DNA of 64,000 nt, taken from the NCBI GenBank assembly GCA_041671565.1, contig JBAZBH010000001.1, positions 71,552-135,551 on the forward strand. Direction: 5' to 3'. The notes beneath the pieces are model-generated. The model saw only the letters and a list, made by a program, of their open reading frames with translations. It was not told the origin of the DNA and ran no database searches. This stretch comes from Patescibacteria group bacterium (GTDB lineage Bacteria > Patescibacteriota > Patescibacteriia > JACRDY01). The translations under genes were made by a program, and so were the position numbers. This document shows positions 31,762-41,013 of this stretch, piece by piece (within the stretch, counting starts at the first letter, position 1; each line of letters opens with the position of its first letter).

Positions 31762-32002
31762 AACGAACGGGGATTTAAGATTTAAGAAAGTCGGTAATTT
31801 GTGTTTAAACCTCTGAACTTAGTTAAAATGTCCAATGACAAAATCCAAACGTCCAATCAAATCCCAATGACTAATGTCCAATAACGAAGTTTTGGCATTG
31901 GACATTGATTGGACATTTGAGCTTGGGCATTGGGCATTTAAAAGTGAATTTTACCGCGAAAACGCTGATTTACCCGTATTCTTAAATCTTAAATCTTACT
32001 TC

Positions 32003-33583
32003 TTAAATCAATGGTTCCCCCGTCATCTCCTTCGGCTTCTTCAGCTTCATGATTTTCAGAATCGTCGGCGCCACATCAGCGAGCAGACCACCGGGTGATT
32101 GTAGCGACAAATCGCCGCCAATACTGGCGCCGGCGCCGCCGGTCTGGCCTTCCCAGTCTTTACCGACCACGATAAAAGGCACCGGATTGGTCGTGTGGTC
32201 TTTAACCGCTTCACCGGTCTGGAGATTAACTTTTTCCTCGGCATTACCGTGGTCAGCGGTAATCACCACTACCCCGCCGCGCGCCAAGGTTAAATCAACC
32301 ACTCGGCCCAGACAATTATCTACAAACTCCACCGCTTCAATCGTCGCTTTGATATCGCCGGTATGACCGACCATATCCGCGTTGGCGTAATTCACCACGA
32401 TAAAATCATATTTATCGCTTTTAATTTCTTTCAACAACCGATCGGTTATTTCTCCGGCTGACATCTCGGGCTTTTGGTTATAAAACGGTACGCGCGGCGA
32501 TGGAATCACCACCTGGTCTTCGCCCGGATACTTAATGTCCTGCAGGCCGTTGAGAAAAAAAGTGACATGGGCATATTTTTCGGTCTCCGCGAGATGCAAT
32601 TGTTTCAGCTTGGCGTCAGATATGGCTTTGGCCAGAGTTTCCTTAACCGCTTCCGGCGGAAAAGCCACCTCGACCGGCAAATCCTTTTCGTATTCCATCA
32701 ATGTCGCAAAAAATAAATTGGGCAAATACTTTCTTTCAAATTTATCAAATTCCGGCAAAACGAAGGCTTTAGTCAATTGGCGCGACCGCTCGGCGCGAAA
32801 GTTAAAAAAGATTACGGCGTCACCATCACTAACGGTTGCCACCGGCTGACCATCTTTGGTAATCACTGTCGGCAAAAACTGCTCGTCATAAATTTTATTT
32901 TTGTATGACTTGGCAATCGCCTCGGCCGCATCGCTAAAAGTGTTCTCGCTTTTGCCTTCGGCAATCGCCCGATAAGCGAGCTCAGTCCGTTCCCAATGGT
33001 TGTCCCGGTCCATGGCATAATATCGGCCGCAGAGGCTCGCCACTTGGCCGATTCCCAGTTCCTTCATTTTCGCTTCCGCTTTAGCGATAAAATCTTCGGC
33101 GACATTCGGCAAGGTGTCGCGGCCGTCGAGAAAAGCATGGAGATAGACTTCCTTCACCCCTTCTTTTTTGGCTAAGTCCAAAAGCGCCAGCAAATGATCG
33201 AGGTGAGAATGGACTCCGCCCTCGGAAACCAAACCGAGTAAATGCAATTTGGATTTATTTTTCTTTACTTCGGCGCAAGCTTTTTTCAGAACTTTATTTT
33301 TAAAAAATGACCCGTCGCCAATCGCGTGGTTTATCCGCGACAGATTTTGATAAAAAATCTGCCCGGCGCCAATCGTCAAATGGCCAACTTCGCTGTTGCC
33401 CACCTGGCCGAAACTCAAACCCACCTCTTCGGCCGAAGCCCTGAGGGTGATAGCCGGATAGGTCGCGGCGAGACGGTTCATTACCGGCGTTTTGGCGCTG
33501 GCGATGGCATTGCCTTCACCGGCAGGCGCCACGCCATAGCCGTCTAAGATCACTAAAACTACCGGTTTTGGCCGATTGGGCAT
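32003..33583 (-). CDS. gpmI: 2,3-BPG-independent phosphoglycerate mutase, copy 1
   Basis: ILDGYG, GNSEVGH, DGRD, ETEKYAHVTFF, DMVGHTG, TADHGN. Confidence 0.95.
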   Translation of the reverse strand: MPNRPKPVVLVILDGYGVAPAGEGNAIASAKTPVMNRLAATYPAITLRASAEEVGLSFGQVGNSEVGHLTIGAGQIFYQNLSRINHAIGDGSFFKNKVLKKACAEVKKNKSKLHLLGLVSEGGVHSHLDHLLALLDLAKKEGVKEVYLHAFLDGRDTLPNVAEDFIAKAEAKMKELGIGQVASLCGRYYAMDRDNHWERTELAYRAIAEGKSENTFSDAAEAIAKSYKNKIYDEQFLPTVITKDGQPVATVSDGDAVIFFNFRAERSRQLTKAFVLPEFDKFERKYLPNLFFATLMEYEKDLPVEVAFPPEAVKETLAKAISDAKLKQLHLAETEKYAHVTFFLNGLQDIKYPGEDQVVIPSPRVPFYNQKPEMSAGEITDRLLKEIKSDKYDFIVVNYANADMVGHTGDIKATIEAVEFVDNCLGRVVDLTLARGGVVVITADHGNAEEKVNLQTGEAVKDHTTNPVPFIVVGKDWEGQTGGAGASIGGDLSLQSPGGLLADVAPTILKIMKLKKPKEMTGEPLI

Positions 33584-33590
33584 AAACTTT

Positions 33591-35147
33591 TTATTTAATT
33601 AAACTGTCTCCCCGCATTTCCGGGAGCTTTTTAACTTCCAATATTTCCAAGATAGTCGGAGCGATATCGCCCAGACATCCCCTATTTAACCTCTTTTTAC
33701 GCCAATTGTCACTAGCGAGAATAAACGGCACCGGATTCTTACTGTGTTCGGTAATAATCTCGCCGGTCTTTAAATCCAGCATTTGATCGCAATTGCCGTG
33801 GTCGGAAGTTACTGCTAAGTTGCCGCCGCGGGCTTTAACCGCTTGATAAATTTTCCCGAGGCACTCGTCAACCACTTCCAGACCCTTAACCGTTGCCGGA
33901 ATATTGCCGGTGTGGCCGAGCATATCCGGATTGGCAAAATTAACCGCCATAAAATCATACTGTTGATTTTTCAAAGCTTTAAGCAAATGCGAGGTAATCG
34001 GCCGAGCGCTCATTGCCGGCTGGCGGTCATAATGAGCAGCGCTAATCGACGGAATCTTCAGCCGCTCCTCGCCGGCGACCGGATCGGCGTAACCGCCGTT
34101 GAAAAAATAAGTAACATGGGCGTATTTTTCTTCTTCGGCCAAATAAAGCTGGCGGTAAGATTTTAACGCCATTGGCAAGGTGCCGAGTAAGTCAATTGAC
34201 GGATAGGCGGTAATGATTGAATCCAGATCCGGCCCGAAATCAGCTAAAGCGACAAAAAATAAATTTTTAAGTGTTTTCCGCCGCCGGAAGCCGCCGCGTT
34301 TTTCAAAATCTTTTTGGACAAAGGGCTTGGCGAGCTGCCTAGCGCGGTCGGACCGCAGATTGAAAAAAAAGAGCGCGTCGCTGTCTTTGATGGTCCCGCC
34401 CGGGCGGCCTTGATAATAAACCACTGATGGCGGAATAAATTCATCCGTCTCCTGCCGGCCATAAGCGTGCAAAATCGCGTCTTCAGAATTATCCACCCGA
34501 TAACCCTCGCCGAGTACCATGGCGTTATAAGCTTTCTCGGTGCGGTCCCAAGCCTTCTTGCGGTCCATGGCGTAAAACCGCCCCATGACGCTCGCCACGA
34601 TCTCGCCGTTTTTAAAACTAGATTTTAACCGGCGCAAAAGTTTGATTGCCAGATACGGCGGCGAATCGCGCCCATCAGTAAATAAATGCAGAAATATCTT
34701 TTTGACTCCGCGTTCGCGCAAAAATTTTAAGAGCGCTTGCAAATGACGCGGATCGGCGTGCGCTGACTGGTCGTTGCAGAGTAGGCCCATTAAATGCACC
34801 TGGGAATTATTGCGCTTGACATGCTTAATCGCGCCCAAGAAAGCCGGATTTTTAAAAAAAGTGCCGTCAGTGATACTGGCAGTAATCCGCGTCGAGTCTT
34901 GAGTAACCACTCGCCCGCCGCCGATATTCATGTGCCCGGCTTCGCTGTTGCCCGCTTGCTTACTCGGTAGCCCGACAAAACGACCGGAAGCCTGCAATTC
35001 TGTATGTGGATACCTTTGCCAAAGATGCTTAAAAACCGGCATCTTGGCGAGGCTGATGGCGTTGGCCTTTGATGGCGGAGCGATGCCGAAGCCGTCGAGG
35101 ATACAAAGAACAGCGGGTTTTATTATTTTGGAATGTCCTGAATTCAT
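33591..35147 (-). CDS. gpmI: 2,3-BPG-independent phosphoglycerate mutase, copy 2
   Basis: ILDGFG, GNSEAGH, DGRD, EKYAHVTYF, DMLGHTG, TSDHGN. Confidence 0.93.
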   Translation of the reverse strand: MNSGHSKIIKPAVLCILDGFGIAPPSKANAISLAKMPVFKHLWQRYPHTELQASGRFVGLPSKQAGNSEAGHMNIGGGRVVTQDSTRITASITDGTFFKNPAFLGAIKHVKRNNSQVHLMGLLCNDQSAHADPRHLQALLKFLRERGVKKIFLHLFTDGRDSPPYLAIKLLRRLKSSFKNGEIVASVMGRFYAMDRKKAWDRTEKAYNAMVLGEGYRVDNSEDAILHAYGRQETDEFIPPSVVYYQGRPGGTIKDSDALFFFNLRSDRARQLAKPFVQKDFEKRGGFRRRKTLKNLFFVALADFGPDLDSIITAYPSIDLLGTLPMALKSYRQLYLAEEEKYAHVTYFFNGGYADPVAGEERLKIPSISAAHYDRQPAMSARPITSHLLKALKNQQYDFMAVNFANPDMLGHTGNIPATVKGLEVVDECLGKIYQAVKARGGNLAVTSDHGNCDQMLDLKTGEIITEHSKNPVPFILASDNWRKKRLNRGCLGDIAPTILEILEVKKLPEMRGDSLIK

Positions 35148-35254
35148 ATTCAAGCCAATAACTATATTTTAGAATGACCAATATCCAAATCCCAATGACC
35201 AATAACTTCTAAGCTTAATTGGATATTGGGATTTGGATATTGGTCATTTTTCTT

Positions 35255-36508
35255 TTAAATCTCCTTTTCAATTTCCAATAATTTATTGTATTTGGCCACC
35301 CTCTCTCCCCGATCCGGCGCGCCGGCTTTAATGTATTCGGCGTTGATCGCCACCGCCAAGTCGGCAATAAAATCATCGTTAGTCTCGCCGGAACGGTGGG
35401 AAATTACCACTTGATAATTATTCTTTTTAGCGAGCTCGATGCAACGCAAAGTTTCGCTGACCGTGCCAATTTGATTAAGTTTAATCAGAATGGCATTGGC
35501 GGTTTTATTCTCAATTCCCTTTTGTAATCTTTCTTGATTGGTTGCGAATAAATCATCGCCCACCAACATTAACTTCCGGCCTAGTTTTTTGGTTAACTCT
35601 TGCCAGCCCGCCCAGTCATCCTCTTGCAACGGATCTTCGAGTGACAAGAGCGGATATTTTTCCGTCCAAGCGGCAAAAAAATTGATTAATTCGGTCGGAC
35701 TGAAAATTTCTCCGGTTTTTAAAATATATTTTTTGCCTTTGGCTTGGTAAAACTCTGAAGCTGCCAAATCACTCGCCAGATAAATCTGCCGCCCTTGACG
35801 GTTATAGCCGGCCGCTTTGATGGCCGCTATCATCGCCTCTAAAGCTTCATCAGCTGAATTTAAAACCGGCGCGTAACCGCCTTCGTCACCCACGCCGGTT
35901 GCTAACCCTTTGGCTTTCAAAACTTTTTTTAAACTTTGGAAAATTTCCGCTCCGGCGCGCAATTTCTCGGAAAATTTATTTATACCCTTCGGCACCACCA
36001 TCAACTCTTGAAAAGTTAGATTATTCTCTGCATGCCGGCCGCCATTAATCAGATTGAACATCGGCGTCGGCAGTTTATAGCTGTCCAGTTTTAAATTGGT
36101 TAAGGTCCGGAGATAGCGGTATAACGGCTGGCCCTTGGCGACGGCCGCAGCGCGGGCAGAGGCCAGGCTGACGCCTAAAATCGCGTTCGCCCCCAGCCGG
36201 CTTTTGTTCGGCGTGCCGTCGAGCTTTAACATTAGTTGGTCAAGATATTCTTGTTTCTTGGCTTTTTTGCCAATCAAAGCCGGCGCGATTATTTCATTGA
36301 TATTCCGCACCGCTTTCAGAACGCCCAAACCGTTGTAGCGTTTGCGGTCGCCATCGCGCAGTTCCCAGGCCTCGTGCTTGCCGGTAGACGCGCCGGATGG
36401 CACCGCCGCCTTGACTCGAATTTTATTCTTTAAAATCAAATCGACTTCCACGGTCGGATTGCCCCGCGAGTCCAAAATTTCTCTTGCTTTAATGCTTTTT
36501 ATGCGCAT
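35255..36508 (-). CDS. eno: Enolase
   Basis: REILDSRGNPTVEV, VPSGASTG, GDEGG, SHRSGET. Confidence 0.98.
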   Translation of the reverse strand: MRIKSIKAREILDSRGNPTVEVDLILKNKIRVKAAVPSGASTGKHEAWELRDGDRKRYNGLGVLKAVRNINEIIAPALIGKKAKKQEYLDQLMLKLDGTPNKSRLGANAILGVSLASARAAAVAKGQPLYRYLRTLTNLKLDSYKLPTPMFNLINGGRHAENNLTFQELMVVPKGINKFSEKLRAGAEIFQSLKKVLKAKGLATGVGDEGGYAPVLNSADEALEAMIAAIKAAGYNRQGRQIYLASDLAASEFYQAKGKKYILKTGEIFSPTELINFFAAWTEKYPLLSLEDPLQEDDWAGWQELTKKLGRKLMLVGDDLFATNQERLQKGIENKTANAILIKLNQIGTVSETLRCIELAKKNNYQVVISHRSGETNDDFIADLAVAINAEYIKAGAPDRGERVAKYNKLLEIEKEI

Positions 36509-36739
36509 ATTCTTTTTAATATTAAGTTTGGCTAGTTGATAATAATCTTCACTAATTACTCACGGTAATAACATTATCCGGCTGGCTGAAACGCGATGCG
36601 AATGCTACGAATTACATGCGAATGATGCGAATAATAGTATTGATATTATACCATAAAATCGCGGTTACTTAAACCATTCAAAAACCCGAGGAATCCCCGG
36701 GTTTTTCTTGATTCTTAATTCTTAATTCATAATTCTCTT

Positions 36740-37537
36740 TTACAACGATTCGTAACTCACCACCACATCTATAACTATTTCCTGATTGCCGGCCTGGATT
36801 TCGGGAGCAACGATTCCCCCGCCGCCCATACCCACGCTGCTTAGAGATTTATCATAAGCGTACGGAGGGGTATAACCGCCACTGCTTTCAGAGAAACTAA
36901 CCACTTTGCCGAGCTTGATACCGGCCGCCTTGGCGAGCGCTTCGGCTTTACTTTTGGCATTCTCCAGAGCTTTTAACCGCGCTTCCTGGCGATATTGTTC
37001 CGGCTCATCAATCGTGAAGCTCAAGCCACCGACATTATTGGCGCCCAGCTCGCCGGCCTTGGCAAAAATGTCGCCAACCTTACCCATATCGCGGACTTTA
37101 ACCAAAACGCTTTGGATAACTTGATAACCGCGCAAAGATTGTCGGCCATCCAAATAATCATACTGCGGATAAATGTTGTAGTCGGTCGTTTGAATGTCTT
37201 CGGCTTTAACTCCCATGCCTTTGATGGCAGCGATAATTTTGTTCATCTTGTCGTTGTTTTCCGTCTGCGCCGCGGCAACCGCTACTTTCTCGGTCTGCAC
37301 ACCGACAGTGAAAGTGGCAATATCCGGCAAAGCCGTCACCTTGCCTTCGCCGCTGATGCTGATGGTGTCGCGGATGTCGCCCTTGCCGATGTAGTCATAA
37401 GTCTTGTACCAATTGCGGATCAGTAAAACGCCGGCAACGATTACCAGCACCATTATCACTGACTTAAGCCCGCGAGTAACTGCTTCAGGCGAGCAACTGC
37501 CGCAACCGCAGCCGCCTTGATTTTTTTCATCGTACAT
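36740..37537 (-). CDS. SIMPL (DUF541) domain protein
   Basis: TM, then TISISGEGKVTALPD..DIQTTDYNIYPQY..AKSKAEALA. Confidence 0.88.
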   Translation of the reverse strand: MYDEKNQGGCGCGSCSPEAVTRGLKSVIMVLVIVAGVLLIRNWYKTYDYIGKGDIRDTISISGEGKVTALPDIATFTVGVQTEKVAVAAAQTENNDKMNKIIAAIKGMGVKAEDIQTTDYNIYPQYDYLDGRQSLRGYQVIQSVLVKVRDMGKVGDIFAKAGELGANNVGGLSFTIDEPEQYRQEARLKALENAKSKAEALAKAAGIKLGKVVSFSESSGGYTPPYAYDKSLSSVGMGGGGIVAPEIQAGNQEIVIDVVVSYESL

Positions 37538-37772
37538 AGAGTTTTATTTAATATTATTAATTAGTATTCAAATTATAACATAAAAGCCAAAATTCAGATA
37601 CACGGGATTCAAAGCCAAAATTCAAAAGTCCCGCCTATGCCAAGGCTTCTGCCTACGCTGAAGCTTCGGCAGACAAGCCGGCGGGCATACAAAATTCAAA
37701 AGTGAAAGTTAAAACTAAAAACTCAATCTACTTTTGCCTTTTCAATTACCTTATCACTTTTCCACTTCGGGC

Positions 37773-37801
37773 TTGACATTTTTTGAGTATCGTCTTATTA
37801 T
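37773..37801 (+). promoter_or_regulatory. Sigma-70 promoter
   Basis: TTGACA-17-TATTAT. Confidence 0.7.
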
Positions 37802-37830
37802 CAGTTATAACTTTCAACTGGAGGAAAAAC

Positions 37831-38013
37831 ATGGCTCTTTTTAGACAAGACAGCACAGGAATTACCTGCAACTATTGCGGCGATAACCGAACCTGGGACG
37901 AAGGTGAAGATCCGCCGGAAAGTTGCCGCAACCCGATGTGCTCCTCGCACCAACTGGCCACGCCGGCACCGCAAAACACGGAAAAACCGGCCGACGCCCC
38001 CGCGGCAAGCTGA
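37831..38013 (+). CDS. Small putative zinc-binding protein (60 aa)
   Basis: GGAGG SD; CNYC..CRNPMC. Confidence 0.6.
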   Translation: MALFRQDSTGITCNYCGDNRTWDEGEDPPESCRNPMCSSHQLATPAPQNTEKPADAPAAS

Positions 38014-38097
38014 GCCCATCAGCCACCGCGCCCCACGCCCTAACCGACAATCCTCTTGCCCAACAGCGGCACCGATCGTCGGTTTTTTTATCCACTA

Positions 38098-38126
38098 TTG
38101 ACTTATTGGCCGGCGAGTGTTAGTAT
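38098..38126 (+). promoter_or_regulatory. Sigma-70 promoter
   Basis: TTGACT-17-TAGTAT with extended TG. Confidence 0.6.
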
Positions 38127-38160
38127 GAATTGTTATTTTCAAATTCAAAAATTGGGAGAA

Positions 38161-38367
38161 ATGATGATGAAAATGATGGTTGACGATTCAAAACCTGAAC
38201 GGCGAAAGCCCTATGCTCTTTCATGGACTTGCAAAAGATGCGGGAAAATAAACAATCGGGACCGGCGTCGTTGCCGATGCAACGAACCCAGATTCGCGAG
38301 TTGGATTGACTATCCAAACTTCGGTAAGCCGATTCTTAATCGGCCTCAACAAAAAAACAACAAATAG
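38161..38367 (+). CDS. Small basic protein with RanBP2-like zinc finger
   Basis: GGGAG SD; WTCKRCGKINNRDRRRCRC. Confidence 0.55.
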   Translation: MMMKMMVDDSKPERRKPYALSWTCKRCGKINNRDRRRCRCNEPRFASWIDYPNFGKPILNRPQQKNNK

Positions 38368-38816
38368 CGGTTACCAGCCAAACAGCGCTCGTAGCCGCTT
38401 TTCTTTTTAAATAAAATAACCGACGAAAGCTTTAGTTCGTCGGTTTTACCTTATTGCCTAATTTTAAAATTAAATAACTAATAAACTGATTTGCAACAAC
38501 TTCACCTCCCAAACCAATGGGAATTGTTTTTCCCTCCCCGGCCGCCAGCGCTGTTAACAACTATTTCGCCCCGGACTCTTTCGGGACGAATGATTGTGTC
38601 GGGCAATTTTCCGCGTCAGTCTCCGGCATGACTTCATACCCGAGGCAATCCCCTTTTTCGCTGTCGGTTCTTTGCCGATAATACTTGCAATCTTTGCACT
38701 TAGGCATATTAACCACGCTTTAGCGTGATTTTTTTGGACCAACTTCTATTATAACACCAAAACTGAGATTGCCAAGCCCGCCAAATTTAGCTTCAAAGTT
38801 CACCGCCGACCGAACC

Positions 38817-38996
38817 TATAGACATCACCCTATGAAATAGCACTTTAGACGCCGCCGGAAATGATGAGCGGCGTCGGCCTGGAGCGGAAAAAAGCGGAAA
38901 TGTACTGGATGTACATTGAGAATTTTTTCCGTGAAGGCCAAGCCGCTCGCTTTTCCGGTGGATGGATAAGTGCTATTTCATAGGGTGATGTCTATA
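38817..38996. mobile_element. MITE-like element with 29-bp perfect terminal inverted repeats
   Basis: tatagacatcaccctatgaaatagcactt at 38817-38845 and its exact reverse complement at 38968-38996. Confidence 0.8.
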
Positions 38997-39084
38997 TATC
39001 CACACAATTTTTCTAAATTCTTGACCGACCATTTTTAAACTGTTATACTTTTGTCTTCTTAAATAATTAATTTCTGATAAAAAT

Positions 39085-39207
39085 ATGAAAAAAGGTCAAA
39101 CCGCCGTCTATCAAGCAGAATCCGCTAGCTCTGAATCAACTGAAAAAGTTTGGACGCCGGAAGATTTGAAGATGATTAGATTGAAGAAAGAAGGATTAGC
39201 GGGATAG
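39085..39207 (+). CDS. Possible 40-aa small protein
   Basis: TTGACC-17-TATACT at 39021-39049 upstream; MKKGQTAVYQAESASSESTEKVWTPEDLKMIRLKKEGLAG. Confidence 0.4.
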   Translation: MKKGQTAVYQAESASSESTEKVWTPEDLKMIRLKKEGLAG

Positions 39208-39287
39208 AAGTAAAAACAGATTTGCACAGATAGACACAGATCAGCACAGATCCGTAAATATCTGTGTGAATCTGTGCAAATCTGTGT

Positions 39288-40928
39288 TTAATAAATTTCT
39301 TTCCGATAACACTCGCGGCAATAAACTATTTCCGACCGGTTTGGATTATAAGTAGTCTGAATTTCTTGTTGGCACTTTGCACAAACACGCGACCAAAGTT
39401 TCTGCGGATTTCTTTGATGCAATCGGTCTAAATGTCGGCAGAGGTAGCATTTATCCGGTAACGGCAGATTTAAATTCTTATAAAACTTCAATTCTTGAGC
39501 AATAATCTTAAATTGCCGGCCACAAGCGCAAGCAAAAACTTCTTGGCAAATACTGTCCTTTACTCCCACGATGCTGTCTGGCGGTAAGTTAGCTTCAACC
39601 GCCTTTTCCTCTTGCTCGTACCAAGCTAAACCGCGACTAGTCGCCTCTTCTTTTGACAAAGGATAATAAAACCTGGCAGTTGTCTCATTATAACCAAAAG
39701 GCGAATAACGCGCCGGAAAAAATTCGCCATACTCGCCGGCCGCTTTCATTCGTTCGACAATTTTTTGGCGTAATTTAGTATACTCGCTTTCGGTATATTG
39801 TTTATTTAAGATACAAAATTCCTTTTTCTTCAAACCGCAACAGCCAAAACAATTTTTACAGCCGCTGCACTCCGAACAATATTCCAAATTTTGAGAACCA
39901 AAATAACAATGGAAGCAAAATCGACAATTATAATTATTTTCACCGACGATTGCCGACTCGTACATTAATTGGCTATTACCCCACTGAAAAACATCGTACA
40001 TGTCCTTGGAACTAAAATAAATAGCATAGCAATAACGGCAATTCTGCACTTCGCGGCAATCATATGAATCTTTAACTTGATTAACATTATTTAAATAATC
40101 GCCGGTGCAACCTTCATTTTTAACGCCATGCTGATAAAGATAAGGATATTTCAATCGATCGACGGCATGCTTTTGGCGCCAAATCTCAACTGCTTGGCGG
40201 CTACCAAGATTGGCCTCGGCCAAACGCCGCTGATAATCTTCAACTTTAAGCTGCTGGTTAAACCAACAATAATTTTGATTACGCAGATTAACACAGCCAA
40301 AACAATTATTGCAGTTAAAACAATTTTTCAAAAAATAACTCTCGGAACAACTCCGGCAATCCTGTGAATAAAATAAATTAAAACATTCATCACAATCAAT
40401 ACAACTATAACACAATTCACATTGGTGAACTTTTAAACAATCAACTAAATCCTTAGAGTTATTAACGGAATAAGAATAATAACAATCTTCGTTAAAGTCG
40501 CTGTCAAATATCAGATAACAATTTTTGACATGGCCGCAATAATTAACATAATCGCTATTATTTAAAGTTCCGTAAGTAACATTTAAGGCCGAGTGAGGCA
40601 CTTGATAATAAAAACTAAAAAATTGTTCAAAAAAAGTTTTTTGCTCGTCATAATCAATGCCAAAATCAAGCCCCTCCCAACCGTCACCCCACCAGACATG
40701 GGCATCACAAACCGCTATTTTACTCTCCGGGCGATAGGCGGAAATAATATTTTTGCCGGATAAATCGCATTTTCTTTGATATAAATTCATTTCGTTAACC
40801 CAGGCGAGCCGCCGTTGCTGCCGACAGTTAGGGCAGAGTGTCGGCTCGGGTACGCCAATCCGGCCGTAGAACGAGCGGTCCTCGGGGTAGATAGTGAATG
40901 GTTGGTTACAATTTTTACAGGCAGGCAT
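39288..40928 (-). CDS. Cys-rich zinc-ribbon/repeat protein, paralog 3 of 4
   Basis: MPACKNC..CPNCR..VYCRECYRKEIY. Confidence 0.85.
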   Translation of the reverse strand: MPACKNCNQPFTIYPEDRSFYGRIGVPEPTLCPNCRQQRRLAWVNEMNLYQRKCDLSGKNIISAYRPESKIAVCDAHVWWGDGWEGLDFGIDYDEQKTFFEQFFSFYYQVPHSALNVTYGTLNNSDYVNYCGHVKNCYLIFDSDFNEDCYYSYSVNNSKDLVDCLKVHQCELCYSCIDCDECFNLFYSQDCRSCSESYFLKNCFNCNNCFGCVNLRNQNYCWFNQQLKVEDYQRRLAEANLGSRQAVEIWRQKHAVDRLKYPYLYQHGVKNEGCTGDYLNNVNQVKDSYDCREVQNCRYCYAIYFSSKDMYDVFQWGNSQLMYESAIVGENNYNCRFCFHCYFGSQNLEYCSECSGCKNCFGCCGLKKKEFCILNKQYTESEYTKLRQKIVERMKAAGEYGEFFPARYSPFGYNETTARFYYPLSKEEATSRGLAWYEQEEKAVEANLPPDSIVGVKDSICQEVFACACGRQFKIIAQELKFYKNLNLPLPDKCYLCRHLDRLHQRNPQKLWSRVCAKCQQEIQTTYNPNRSEIVYCRECYRKEIY

Positions 40929-41013
40929 AACAAAGTTATAAAGTTGAAAGTTATAAAGTTATAAAGTTTTCTAGTTCCCTAAACTTTCTACTTTATAACT
41001 TTATAACTTTCAA

